NCBI GenBank assembly: GCA_033763455.1
Contig: JANRKO010000006.1
Span: 32,001-96,000 of the forward strand
Length of the DNA: 64,000 bases
Direction of reading: 5' to 3'
From: Polyangiaceae bacterium
Lineage (GTDB): Bacteria > Myxococcota_A > Polyangia > Polyangiales > Polyangiaceae
Positions within the stretch are counted from its first letter, which is position 1; each line of letters starts with the position of its first letter. Shown in pieces: positions 19,609 through 29,458 of this stretch. The notes under the pieces were generated by a model that was not told the DNA's origin, searched no databases, and worked only from the letters and a program-made list of their open reading frames with translations. The position numbers and the translations under genes are program-made.

Positions 19609-20541
19609 ATGGAAGCAGTTGACTCGATTCAGGAACCACTTTTGGTCGCTCACGGCTTGGTAAAGTCGTTTGGCGAAAAACGCGTGGTCGATGGCGTTGA
19701 TCTCACGTGTGCTCCGGGAGAAGTGCTTGGCCTGCTTGGCCCCAACGGTGCCGGCAAGACGACCGCACTTCGCATGTGTTACGGTTTCTTGCGGCCGGAT
19801 GCGGGTTCCGTGCGGATTGCCGGTCATGATTTGACTGCCGCGCCCGATGCAGCACGCCGAGCTCTCGGTGTTTGTACCCAGGATGATACGTTCGACGCGG
19901 ATTTTTCGGTGCGCGGGAACTTAGAACAGACTGGGCGCTATTATCGGCCACGGCTTCCCCAGCTCAGCCAGCGCATCGACGAGCTGCTCGAACAATTTGG
20001 CCTAAAAGAATACGAACACCACATGCCGGAGATGTTATCCGGCGGTTACAGGCGCCGGCTCATGATTGCTAGGGCCGTGTTGCATCGCCCGCGCGTGGTG
20101 TTTCTCGATGAGCCAACCACAGGGCTCGATCCTCAGGCACGCGTTGCGGTATGGGAGTTGGTCGCGTCTCTGCGTGCGCAAGGTATGGCCGTGGTGCTCA
20201 CTACACACTACATGGACGAAGCTGAGCGGCTTTCCGACCGCCTGCTCGTGCTCCAAGGCGGAAAGGTTCGGGCGAGTGGCCAATCAGTGCATGTGTTGGG
20301 GGACATTGTGGGTGAGCATATCGTGGTGCTCCCAGTGAATGCGCCCGGTGCGGAAGGGGTCCCCGCGTGGCTTACGTCGCGGGGGCTAACGGCGTCCACG
20401 GTGCTGGGTTTTTGGCACGTGCCACTTGATGCCAGGGGGCTCGCCAGCTTCGCTTCGGACTTCCCGGTGTTGCGCTACGAAGTGCGCATCCCCACACTCG
20501 ATGATTTGTTCATGGCGCTGGCAGAGGAGAAGAAGCAATGA
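19609..20541 (+). CDS. ABC exporter ATP-binding subunit (NodI-like)
   Basis: GPNGAGKTT, LSGG, FLDEPTTGLDP, LTTHYMDEAERL. Confidence 0.93.
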   Translation: MEAVDSIQEPLLVAHGLVKSFGEKRVVDGVDLTCAPGEVLGLLGPNGAGKTTALRMCYGFLRPDAGSVRIAGHDLTAAPDAARRALGVCTQDDTFDADFSVRGNLEQTGRYYRPRLPQLSQRIDELLEQFGLKEYEHHMPEMLSGGYRRRLMIARAVLHRPRVVFLDEPTTGLDPQARVAVWELVASLRAQGMAVVLTTHYMDEAERLSDRLLVLQGGKVRASGQSVHVLGDIVGEHIVVLPVNAPGAEGVPAWLTSRGLTASTVLGFWHVPLDARGLASFASDFPVLRYEVRIPTLDDLFMALAEEKKQ

Positions 20542-21350
20542 GTGCGTTTCTTCCCGCCTTCGCGTGGCAAAGCTTCGCGGTGCTAGGGCGCCATTGGCGC
20601 GTGCATCTCCGAAAGTGGCACACTGCGCTTTTGCCACCGCTCATGGAGCCTCTGATCATGCTCTTGGCCTTCGGCGTCGGCCTGGGCTCGCACATGTCCA
20701 CGCTCGCTTGGAACGGGCAGTCTCTTGATTATCTCACGTATTTGGCGCCTGGAATTTTAGCCTATACGGCCTTCATGACGTCGTTTTTCCAATCGCTGTT
20801 CTCGGCTTACGTGCGCATGCATTTTCAGAAATCCTGGGAAGGTCAGCTCACCACGCAAGTGCGCTTGGAGCACGTGGTGTGGGGCGAGGCACTTTGGGCC
20901 GCCAGCATGGCCACCGCCTACGCCGGCATGGTGTGCTTGGTGCTAGCGGGCTTCGGGATATCTGGCTCGCTACAACTGCATTGGTTCGGGTTGCTGCTCA
21001 GCCTGCCGCTACTGTTTCTCGCTGCCCTGGCATTCTCCAGCATTGGCCTGCTGTTCACGGCCACGCTCCCCAGCATGGATCACATGGGCTTGCCGTTCTT
21101 CTTGGTTATTATGCCGGTCGGTTTTGCCAGCAGTACGTATTTCCCGCTTCCAAGCTTGCCGGTGCTCGATCAAGTAGCGATGCTCAATCCACTGAATCAT
21201 CTAGCGGAAGGCTTGCGTGACCTGTTGATTATGGGGCATCTAAGTTGGCATCTGGCTGCGGCAGCTGGGCTTTCGGTGCTCATGCTGGCTGTGCTGATAC
21301 CGATCGATTTGCGGCTGTTGCGTAAGCGGGTGTTTGGAGATTCGCGATAG
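20538..21350 (+). CDS. ABC-2 type permease (NodJ-like)
   Basis: EPLIMLLAFGVGLG, YLTYLAPG, multiple TM helices, ATGA overlap with the ATPase gene. Confidence 0.9.
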   Translation: MSAFLPAFAWQSFAVLGRHWRVHLRKWHTALLPPLMEPLIMLLAFGVGLGSHMSTLAWNGQSLDYLTYLAPGILAYTAFMTSFFQSLFSAYVRMHFQKSWEGQLTTQVRLEHVVWGEALWAASMATAYAGMVCLVLAGFGISGSLQLHWFGLLLSLPLLFLAALAFSSIGLLFTATLPSMDHMGLPFFLVIMPVGFASSTYFPLPSLPVLDQVAMLNPLNHLAEGLRDLLIMGHLSWHLAAAAGLSVLMLAVLIPIDLRLLRKRVFGDSR

Positions 21351-21417
21351 GGGATGGACGCCCCCGCCCCGCCCATAGTAGCCTTCCAGGTCAGTCCTAT
21401 TTCTGGAGGTTACGCCT

Positions 21418-23100
21418 TTGGGCGCCGCTAATGACATAGAATCCGGGGTACCGATCGGCTCACGTTGCCAGCCGGGCGACTTGATTGCGGCGAAGTATCA
21501 AGTGGAGCGCGTCATCGGCACCGGAGGTATGGGCGTGGTGGTGGAGGCCACCCACGTGCAGCTCGGCCACTCGGTTGCGATCAAGCTTCTGCGCGTCGAT
21601 GAAAGCCAGCGTGTGGAGGCGACGACGCGCTTCCTGCGCGAAGGTCGCGCAGCGGCGGGCCTCAAGGGCGACCATGTTGTCCGCATCTACGACGTGGGCA
21701 CATTGGACGACGGGTCACCATTCATGGTGATGGAGCTGTTGCGGGGCAAAGATCTATCCGACCTTCTGGACACCCGAGGATCGCTTGAGGTGAGCGAGGC
21801 CGTGGAATTCGTTTTCCAGGCCGCCAGCGCAATCGCTGAAGCTCATGACAATGGGATCGTTCATCGCGACCTCAAGCCCTCCAATTTGTTCGTCACCGAA
21901 CGCACGGACGGCACGCCTTCAATCAAGGTTCTAGACTTCGGTATATCGAAGTCCATGGGGGCCGAAGCTTCTCTCCAGGGCAACTTGACGGCGACACGCA
22001 GTGTTCTTGGTTCTCCGTATTACATGTCGCCCGAGCAAGTGCGGGATGCCAAGAAAGTCGACGCACGCTCCGACATCTGGGCGCTAGGCGTGATTCTACA
22101 AGAATTGCTCACGGGGGAGCCGGTGTTCAAAGCGGACACTTTGCCTGGCATTTGCGCTGCCATTGCAGCGGATGCCCCAGCGCCTTTGAGGACACTCCGC
22201 CCGGATGCTCCCACCGAGCTTGAGGCCGTGATCTTGAAGTGCTTGGAGAAAGATCCCGCGGCTCGTTACCAAACGGTGCGAGAGCTGATGTCAGCTCTAT
22301 CGGTGCTGCGGCGCGGGCGGCCTTCGCAGGCTAGCCGCGATGATGCCCTTTCTGCGACCATGGCGATGCCCGGAAAGGTTCGTGGGAATGTGCCCACCCT
22401 GGCGGCCGCAGGCCCTCCAATTGGAGCACCTGCGGCGGACGTTGCGGGAGGTCTTGTGGGGAGCGATCGCCCTTCTCGCAAATCTGGTCAGCAGCTGATT
22501 CAGTTGGGCGCTGACCAAACGTCGCTTTCCGCCGGCGTAAAACCGCCTGATTCACATAGCGCGCGGCGCCCTCCGTCGCGCCGCAAGGGCGTGTACCTGC
22601 TGGTAGCGGTTGGCTTGGCAGCGGTGTGCGGGGCGGTATGGTATGGGGGGCTTGGAGGAAAGCTGGAGTCAAATCCGCCGCTTCCGGCGGAGAGCACGCT
22701 CGCGGTAATGGCCTTTGAGCTGAGCCTTGAGTCTTCGCCCAGCGGTGCTGACGTCTACGAAAATGAACGGAAGCTTGGCCAAACACCGTTTCGGCTTCGC
22801 GTCGAAAAAGGTTCATTAAAGTCAGGCCCCAGGGCTTTCAGTGTCCGCCACCCCGGGTATCAGCCATATTCTTTCGTGCAGGGTGATTCCGCCGAAAATG
22901 TGCGCGTTTTCGCCACCCTTCAGGCGGAGGCAAGCGAAGCGCCAAAGCCGAGCGCGCTGCCCAGTGTGGCGCCCACAGCCCCGCCGAGCGTTGCTCCGGC
23001 GCCTCCTCCAGCCGAGCGGCCTACGCGCCGCCCTGGTTCTCGTCCCAAGGCCAAGGTGTCGGTGCAAGAGAGCCCATCGGACATTCGCATGCAGCGCTAA
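21418..23100 (+). CDS. Membrane Ser/Thr protein kinase with a periplasmic PEGA-like domain
   Basis: GTGGMG, VAIK, HRDLKPSN, DFG, YMSPEQ, a TM helix, then LESSPSGADVY...GQTP. The start is uncertain. Confidence 0.93.
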   Translation: MGAANDIESGVPIGSRCQPGDLIAAKYQVERVIGTGGMGVVVEATHVQLGHSVAIKLLRVDESQRVEATTRFLREGRAAAGLKGDHVVRIYDVGTLDDGSPFMVMELLRGKDLSDLLDTRGSLEVSEAVEFVFQAASAIAEAHDNGIVHRDLKPSNLFVTERTDGTPSIKVLDFGISKSMGAEASLQGNLTATRSVLGSPYYMSPEQVRDAKKVDARSDIWALGVILQELLTGEPVFKADTLPGICAAIAADAPAPLRTLRPDAPTELEAVILKCLEKDPAARYQTVRELMSALSVLRRGRPSQASRDDALSATMAMPGKVRGNVPTLAAAGPPIGAPAADVAGGLVGSDRPSRKSGQQLIQLGADQTSLSAGVKPPDSHSARRPPSRRKGVYLLVAVGLAAVCGAVWYGGLGGKLESNPPLPAESTLAVMAFELSLESSPSGADVYENERKLGQTPFRLRVEKGSLKSGPRAFSVRHPGYQPYSFVQGDSAENVRVFATLQAEASEAPKPSALPSVAPTAPPSVAPAPPPAERPTRRPGSRPKAKVSVQESPSDIRMQR

Positions 23101-23148
23101 ATCAGCTGTCGAGCTTGGCGATGGATTCCGTGTAGTCTTTCGGCCCAT

Positions 23149-26100
23149 ATGTCCGAGCTCAGCATCGCTGCCACTCGCCGCTACAACACCCTGCTTAAAT
23201 CCGGAGCCCGCGCGCTGACTTACTGCGCGCTTTTGTTACTCGGTGTTCTAACTTCACCAGTGGCAAGAGCGGACGATACGGCTGACGAGGCAGATCTGCA
23301 ATTTAAGTTCGGCGCCGAAGCGTATCAACGCGCCGACTTCCGCACAGCCCTATCGCACTTCCTGGCGAGCAACCGCCTCGTTGCTAACAAGAACGTGCTA
23401 TTCAATATCGCGCGCTGCTACGAAAAGCTGGCCTCCTATCCGGAAGCTTTCCGCTACTACACCCAAGCGCTTGAGGGCGAAAAAGACGAAGCTTCACGCG
23501 CGAAGATCCGCACGGCACTCGATGAATTGCGGGCGAATGTGGCCATTGTTCAGGTGGTTACGTCTCCACCTGGGGCAACCTTGTACGTGGACCGTAAGGA
23601 TCTTGGCGCGCGTGGTGAAAGCCCCCGTACCCTCGGTCTGAACGGCGGTAGGTATGTAATCTTTGCGGAGCTTGCCGGCTACGAAGGCGCTAGCGCTGAG
23701 GTGCCTGAAGCGAAGGTCGGCACTGAGGTTCGAGTGGAGATTAAGCTCAAGCCCATCTTGGGCACCGTGCGTGTCCGAGGTGCCCCACCTGGCGCAGAGG
23801 TAGCAGTGGACCTGGGTACATCTCGGCCCAGTTGTAGCATGCCCTGCGATCTTGCCTTGCCTCCAGGGCGCCAGATGCTGAATGTGGTGCGGGTGGGGTT
23901 TCGGGCAGTCGAAGTGCCAGTGGACGTGATCGCCAACCGCTCAACCTCCATTGATGTGAATCTGGAGCCGCTGATGGGGTCTCTTCTGGTGAGTACCGAT
24001 GAAGCGGGTGCATTGATCGAGGTGGATGGCCGCCCGCGTGGATTCACTCCAGCCATTTTGCCACTTGCCGTGGGTAATCACAGCGTGCGCATCACGCTGC
24101 CAGGGTTTCGAGCAGTGGAGCGTCAGGTTAAAATCGCAGAAGGGGCTGAGGCGCGGCTAGACGAGGTTTTGGCTCAGTCCGAAGAGGTCGTGGCGGCATC
24201 TCGTGTCAGCGAGCGTGTGCAAGATGCACCAAGCTCCGTTTCCCTCGTGCCACGCCAGGAATTGCGGCGTTTGGCCTATCCAACGATCGCTGAGGCCACC
24301 CGAGGTGTCCGCGGCTTTTACATCTGGGATGATCGCTCGTACGTCGCGGTGGGTGTTCGCGGCCTTGGGCGGTTGAGCAGCTACGGGAACCGCACTTTGG
24401 TTCTGTATGATGGGCACCCAGCTAACGACAACTGGATCGGCTCATCGTACGTGGGCTATGATGCCCTCACCAATCTGGAAAATGTGGACCGCATTGAGTT
24501 CGTGCGAGGCCCGGGTTCAGTGCTCTACGGCACGAATGCATTTTCTGGTGTCATCAACGTAGTTACTCGCTACCGTGATGTGCCCGAGGGCGTGGTGGCA
24601 GGAGTGGGCACCGCCCTTGATGGCGTAGCTCTTGCCCGTGTTCGCGGCGATCTGAAGTTTGGTAAGGATTCTGGCCTCTGGACCTCGGTTTCCACTGCTC
24701 GAAGCGGTGGCCGAGATTTTTACTTTCCTGAATTGGCACGCGCTTCCACAGGTCCAGCAGATGCGGGCTTTGACGGGAATGTGCGGGGTCGAGACGGCTT
24801 TCGGGCGGGCAACGTACAAGGCCGGTACTATTACAAGGATTGGACGGTGCAGTGGCTGGCTCACACCTACGAGAAGCACCTGCCCACGGGCGAATACGAA
24901 ACCACGCTCGGAGATGCTCGGACGCGCCAGGCTGACTCACGACTGTTTCTGGAAGCCAAAGGTGAGCCCGAAATAGCCACGGGCTTGCGCCTGCTCACTC
25001 GCCTTCATGCCAACCACTATCGATTCGAGGGATATTACGCGCGTGAAGCGGCCAATGGCGGTGTAGAAAGGGATACCTTCCGGGGTTCGTGGGTAGGTGC
25101 CGAGGAGCGTCTCACCTGGACGCCTTCTAAACTATTTCGCCTCATGGCGGGGGGTGAGGGCCAGTTGCATCTCCAAGTGGACCAAAAAGCGAAGGACGAT
25201 GGCGGCTATTTCCTGGACGGCTGCGGACAAGATCCGGCGGCGGCAAAATCGTGCCGCTATCAGCTTGGTGCTGGTTATTTCGTGGCAGATGCCACCGCCT
25301 CCGAGAGTGTGCACGTTTCGCTCGGCGCCCGGCTCGATGTGTATTCGACGTTTGGTGCGTCTTTGAATCCTCGTGCGGCGCTCATCGTGAAGCCATACGA
25401 AGCGGGGAACACCAAGGTGATGGCGGGCAAGGCATTTCGTGCTCCGAGTATTTACGAGCTCTATTACAATGACGGAGGCCTCACGCAGGTGATCCCTCAA
25501 AAAGATCTGCGCCCCGAATCCACCTATTCTTTTGAGGTGGAGCACTCTCACGAATTCTCGCCTACCGTCATCGGGTTTATCTCAGGCTACGTGAACGACG
25601 GATCGAGTCTGATCGTCACTCGCGGAAATGGAGACGCCGCTGATCCGCTCTATTACGAGAATTCAGAGACTGCGCTTGTAGTGTTGGGTGGCGAACTCGG
25701 CATTCGACGCGATTGGCGGCAGGGCTGGATGTTGGGGGCGAGCTACGGTTACGCGAATCCGCGTTACGTAGAATCAAGCAATTTGTCAGACCTTTTTCGG
25801 CTGAAGGAAGACACAAGCAAACGCGACGTGGCCAACGCTCCAGAACACTCGGGGAGCGTCAAAGGAGCCGTTCCGGTTATCGGCCGAGGGTTGACGTTAG
25901 GTTCCAAGCTGACGCTAGAAAGTGGGCGCTACGACCGCAATGAAGAAGTGGGCGCGGAGCCGCAGGGGCGTTCGGGAGCTTCGGCTCTGTGGGACATTGT
26001 GTTAAGTGGCGACGAAAAACGCTATGGAGTGCACTATGCGTTCGGTGTTTACAATGCCTTTGATTGGCGCTACCGGCTCCCGCTCACGGCTGAGTTTTCC

Positions 26101-26160
26101 CAGCGCACCTTGAGCCAAAGTGGGCGTACCTTCCTGGCCCAGGTAGAATTAGCCTATTAG
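23149..26160 (+). CDS. TonB-dependent receptor with N-terminal TPR and PEGA domains
   Basis: Signal peptide (ARA|DD), TPR (LFNIARCYEKL), repeated PEGA motifs, plug (DAPSSVSL...VDRIEFVRGPGSVLYG.NA), barrel (AFRAPSIYELYY) and a terminal aromatic residue. Confidence 0.9.
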   Translation: MSELSIAATRRYNTLLKSGARALTYCALLLLGVLTSPVARADDTADEADLQFKFGAEAYQRADFRTALSHFLASNRLVANKNVLFNIARCYEKLASYPEAFRYYTQALEGEKDEASRAKIRTALDELRANVAIVQVVTSPPGATLYVDRKDLGARGESPRTLGLNGGRYVIFAELAGYEGASAEVPEAKVGTEVRVEIKLKPILGTVRVRGAPPGAEVAVDLGTSRPSCSMPCDLALPPGRQMLNVVRVGFRAVEVPVDVIANRSTSIDVNLEPLMGSLLVSTDEAGALIEVDGRPRGFTPAILPLAVGNHSVRITLPGFRAVERQVKIAEGAEARLDEVLAQSEEVVAASRVSERVQDAPSSVSLVPRQELRRLAYPTIAEATRGVRGFYIWDDRSYVAVGVRGLGRLSSYGNRTLVLYDGHPANDNWIGSSYVGYDALTNLENVDRIEFVRGPGSVLYGTNAFSGVINVVTRYRDVPEGVVAGVGTALDGVALARVRGDLKFGKDSGLWTSVSTARSGGRDFYFPELARASTGPADAGFDGNVRGRDGFRAGNVQGRYYYKDWTVQWLAHTYEKHLPTGEYETTLGDARTRQADSRLFLEAKGEPEIATGLRLLTRLHANHYRFEGYYAREAANGGVERDTFRGSWVGAEERLTWTPSKLFRLMAGGEGQLHLQVDQKAKDDGGYFLDGCGQDPAAAKSCRYQLGAGYFVADATASESVHVSLGARLDVYSTFGASLNPRAALIVKPYEAGNTKVMAGKAFRAPSIYELYYNDGGLTQVIPQKDLRPESTYSFEVEHSHEFSPTVIGFISGYVNDGSSLIVTRGNGDAADPLYYENSETALVVLGGELGIRRDWRQGWMLGASYGYANPRYVESSNLSDLFRLKEDTSKRDVANAPEHSGSVKGAVPVIGRGLTLGSKLTLESGRYDRNEEVGAEPQGRSGASALWDIVLSGDEKRYGVHYAFGVYNAFDWRYRLPLTAEFSQRTLSQSGRTFLAQVELAY

Positions 26161-28703
26161 GCGTTGGAGATAACCCGTAGGCTCCCGCTCACGACGCCGT
26201 AGCCAAGCTTCGCCTTCAACTTCTGGCGAAGCTCCTCAGGCCGCAATTGGCTCCGAAGGAGGGCTGCGTACGTTTCAACGAGCTCATGGGTTTGCTCGGG
26301 TGATTCTTGCACCAATTCCATGCGAAAGCGGTGCACCCCCAGAGCTTGAAGCCTGGGCACAAGAGCCGCCGCGCTCTGGGCTTGTGCGTGAAAGACGGTA
26401 TTTCTGCAGCCAACATCCGCCTCAACGGGATGGTCGAGCCCGATTCGATCGCGGAGCTTAACTTTGTGGCGATCGCAGGGGCGGCCGCAGGTTTTATAGT
26501 CAGCGCCGTTCGAGAGGAGCGCTGCGTAAACGCAGTGTTCCATGTGGAAGAGTGGCATCGGGTGGTGCAGCACCAGCTCTGCGTAGGGCGCCAACTCTCC
26601 GAGATATGTCAGTAGCTGCTGCTCGTCCAAGTCAAACGACGGAGTGAAGGCTGAGAGCCCAAAGCTCAAGGCTTTGGCGACACTCACCCTATTGGTAAGG
26701 TTCAGCGAGAAATCCCCCACGAACATGGGGGTATTTTCGGTCTTGGGGAGAGCCTGAAGCTCGCGCAGTGTGCCCAAGCCTCGCACCAAAAAGCCCTCCG
26801 GCTTGAGGTTCCGGAGGTAGCCATCGAGCTTGCCTTCATTGGGTTTGCGGATTCGCGGCGGCGCCACGCCCACCCATGCCGCACCTTCACTGCGCAGCGC
26901 GAGTACGGCAGCGGCGCAACCCTTCAATTCGAGAAAATCCAGGTACACGCCCGCTGCGCCGGCGGCGAGTGCTGCACGTGCTTGTTCAAGCGTGCGGCAG
27001 AGCACGAAGAGGCCAGAGGCTTGGGGCGGGAGAGGCGGCGCGGCGATCGGCTGGGCCAGGGCTTCCGCGAGGCGCGTGTTTGCGTATGCCACGTCACGCT
27101 TGGGGCGGGGGAGATCGGTATTGGAGAGTAGCTGCGGCACCAATGCTCGGCGGGCTTCGTTGATTTGAGACAGCGGGATCAAAGCTCCTTCGGGCACGAG
27201 CCAGGTGAGCTCACCCAAGTGATACGGAGTCTCACCCAATCGCCCCAGTGCGCCAAGTACCTGTTCGCGCGTGGTGGGGGTTTTATTGGCTCGTTCGAGA
27301 GGTGCGGAGAAAGGGACGGTAGCCGTTCCACCGTGAGAGGAGGTTGCCGTTAAGCGAAGTGGCGTGCCGAACTCGCCTTCGAGCGTGAAGTTGAGCGTGT
27401 GCCGGCGCCCCAAGGTGCGTTGCTCCTCTTCGATCTGCTTCTGCAAACGCGGTGAATGGGTGAGAAACACGCGCCGCCCAACTTCAACGCGCCGCAACGG
27501 TCGTTCTGGGCCAAGATGGAACCACACAGTGTCGTTGGCGTTAGCGGCTTCGGCTGGCTTTCCACCGACCTCCATGGCCCACACTCGGCCGCCGACCTCG
27601 TGGTGGTTGGCTTTTTCGCCGGAAATCAAAACACCGTCCCCCAGGTGAAGCGCAAAAGCGCTCGTGATACTGACCTCGAAGAAGCGGCCGCGCTCTCGGA
27701 CGCCTACCACTCGCCCAAGCTCCAGGCCTCGGTGGTCACAGGTTTCCCCGTCAACCAGAGCCTGGTGGTTTACGCCCGCGAGAAACCCAGTGCCAGAACC
27801 GCGAGAAAAGCTGCTATGGGAGAGTGTTCGAAGCTCCGCCCGGTGAGATTGGCCCGCTACGGCTGGCGCATCCAGCGACGCATTTTCGAGCGCGAGGCTG
27901 TCGACAGCATTTCGATAGAGCCGTGTGGTGCTCGCCACGTATTCGGGCCCCTTGAGCCGACCTTCGATCTTGAGCGAGCGCACGCCCAAGTCCGCGAGCT
28001 TCGGCACGAGATCCGCGGCGTCGAGATCCATCGGCGAGAGCAGGAAAGACTTGTTGCCCAGTTCAACGAGCTTGTCATCTACCAAAAGATCGTACGGTAG
28101 GCGGCAGGCCTGGGCGCAGGCCCCGCGATTGGCGCTCCTTCCCCCCAAGGCTTCACTCGTGAGGCATTGCCCGGAATAGGCAATGCAGAGCGCCCCATGC
28201 ACAAACACCTCGAGTGGCATGTCCGTTGCGTTCTTAACCGAAGCGATCTCTTCGAGCGAAAGCTCGCGCGCGAGCACTACGCGGGAGGCTCCGAGCTCAC
28301 GGGCGAATTCCACCGAACTTACATCCGTGCACGTCATCTGCGTGGAGGCATGTAGTGGGAGCTCGGGGAAGGCCTGGTGCGCCAGGGTCATCACGCCAAG
28401 ATCTTGCACGATGAGTGCATCCACACCGGCTTGTGCGCAGGCCTGCAGCGTTTCCATGAGCGCGGGGAGCTCAGCATCGAATACGAGCGTGTTGAGCGTA
28501 ACGTAACCCTTCACGCCCGCGCGATGGAGCCAACGCATGAGTTCCGGCAATTCGGAGACCTCAAAATTGGCCGCGCGCGCTCGAGCATTGAACTGCTGGA
28601 GCCCAAAATAGACGGCGTCGGCTCCAGCTTGCACCGCAGCCTCCATCGCCTCGCGTGTGCCGGCGGGCGCTAAGACTTCGGGCGGGGTGGGACCAAGCGG
28701 CAT
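26157..28703 (-). CDS. Peptidase U32 family protein with DUF3656 (RlhA-like RNA hydroxylation protein)
   Basis: PEVLAPAG, GADAVYFG, HASTQM, FVHGALCIAYSGQC...SANRGACAQACR, SLKIEGR and a long C-terminal extension. Confidence 0.88.
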   Translation of the reverse strand: MPLGPTPPEVLAPAGTREAMEAAVQAGADAVYFGLQQFNARARAANFEVSELPELMRWLHRAGVKGYVTLNTLVFDAELPALMETLQACAQAGVDALIVQDLGVMTLAHQAFPELPLHASTQMTCTDVSSVEFARELGASRVVLARELSLEEIASVKNATDMPLEVFVHGALCIAYSGQCLTSEALGGRSANRGACAQACRLPYDLLVDDKLVELGNKSFLLSPMDLDAADLVPKLADLGVRSLKIEGRLKGPEYVASTTRLYRNAVDSLALENASLDAPAVAGQSHRAELRTLSHSSFSRGSGTGFLAGVNHQALVDGETCDHRGLELGRVVGVRERGRFFEVSITSAFALHLGDGVLISGEKANHHEVGGRVWAMEVGGKPAEAANANDTVWFHLGPERPLRRVEVGRRVFLTHSPRLQKQIEEEQRTLGRRHTLNFTLEGEFGTPLRLTATSSHGGTATVPFSAPLERANKTPTTREQVLGALGRLGETPYHLGELTWLVPEGALIPLSQINEARRALVPQLLSNTDLPRPKRDVAYANTRLAEALAQPIAAPPLPPQASGLFVLCRTLEQARAALAAGAAGVYLDFLELKGCAAAVLALRSEGAAWVGVAPPRIRKPNEGKLDGYLRNLKPEGFLVRGLGTLRELQALPKTENTPMFVGDFSLNLTNRVSVAKALSFGLSAFTPSFDLDEQQLLTYLGELAPYAELVLHHPMPLFHMEHCVYAALLSNGADYKTCGRPCDRHKVKLRDRIGLDHPVEADVGCRNTVFHAQAQSAAALVPRLQALGVHRFRMELVQESPEQTHELVETYAALLRSQLRPEELRQKLKAKLGYGVVSGSLRVISNA

Positions 28704-28766
28704 GGTGGCCTCTATATGTCCAAAGAACTGCGCCTGCGCTAGGGCACTCGCACTTCTCGGGTGATT

Positions 28767-29447
28767 CTAACGTTTCAACAATACTTTGATCACGCTCGCT
28801 GCACCGAGAAGGATCAAAAGTACTCCCAAGGAGCGTATGAGGCGTTCAACGCTCTCGGGCAGCAGGCGCTCTCGAAACTTCTCCACCAGCTTCACCATCA
28901 CGAAAAACCAGCCCACAATCCCGAGCCCAACTCCGAGCGAAAACGGAATGGCGTCGAGCGGCTCCACGCGCAGCCAAGCGGTGCCATGAAGGGCCGTGAC
29001 CACCGCTGTCCAGGTGAAAAGCAGGGTTGGGTTCATGCTCGTACTCGCGAACCCGAGCAGCCACCTGCTGGCAGCTCGGCGCTTCACCGGAGCTTCGAGT
29101 GCTCCCTCAGTCCTGCGCCGCGGCAGTGCAAAGAACAAGCCCACCAGCGCAATTGCGCAGCCGCCCAGAAGGCTTGCGGTGTTTGCGAACTCGGGAAACC
29201 GAACGAGTGCCGCTGTAAGCCCAAAGAACGCAGCGAACGCGTACATCGCTTCCCCGAGGCCGGCGCCTGCGGCGATGTGGAGGCTATCGGCGCGACCATT
29301 TCGCAACGCGCTTTGCAGCACAATGACGGACGTCGGGCCCGCCACTGGAATCGAGCTCACAAACCCGAACGTGAGCCCCACGAACCACACGAGCATGAGC
29401 GCGCCCATCAGCCCGAGCACCATGCCACCGCTTTTCAACGGAAGCAA
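28767..29447 (-). CDS. LysE family translocator
   Basis: GLTFGFVSSIPVAGP, MNPTLL, hydrophobic helices. The start may be about 29399. Confidence 0.85.
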   Translation of the reverse strand: MLPLKSGGMVLGLMGALMLVWFVGLTFGFVSSIPVAGPTSVIVLQSALRNGRADSLHIAAGAGLGEAMYAFAAFFGLTAALVRFPEFANTASLLGGCAIALVGLFFALPRRRTEGALEAPVKRRAASRWLLGFASTSMNPTLLFTWTAVVTALHGTAWLRVEPLDAIPFSLGVGLGIVGWFFVMVKLVEKFRERLLPESVERLIRSLGVLLILLGAASVIKVLLKR

Positions 29448-29458
29448 TCAGCGCTGAT

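Noticed and set aside
19609..21350. NodI/NodJ-like exporter as evidence of Nod-factor synthesis
   Set aside because: No nodABC genes, and this ABC-2 subfamily is widespread.
26157..28703. U32 protein as a collagenase
   Set aside because: No signal peptide, and the Cys-cluster motif fits the Fe-S hydroxylation role now assigned to U32 proteins.
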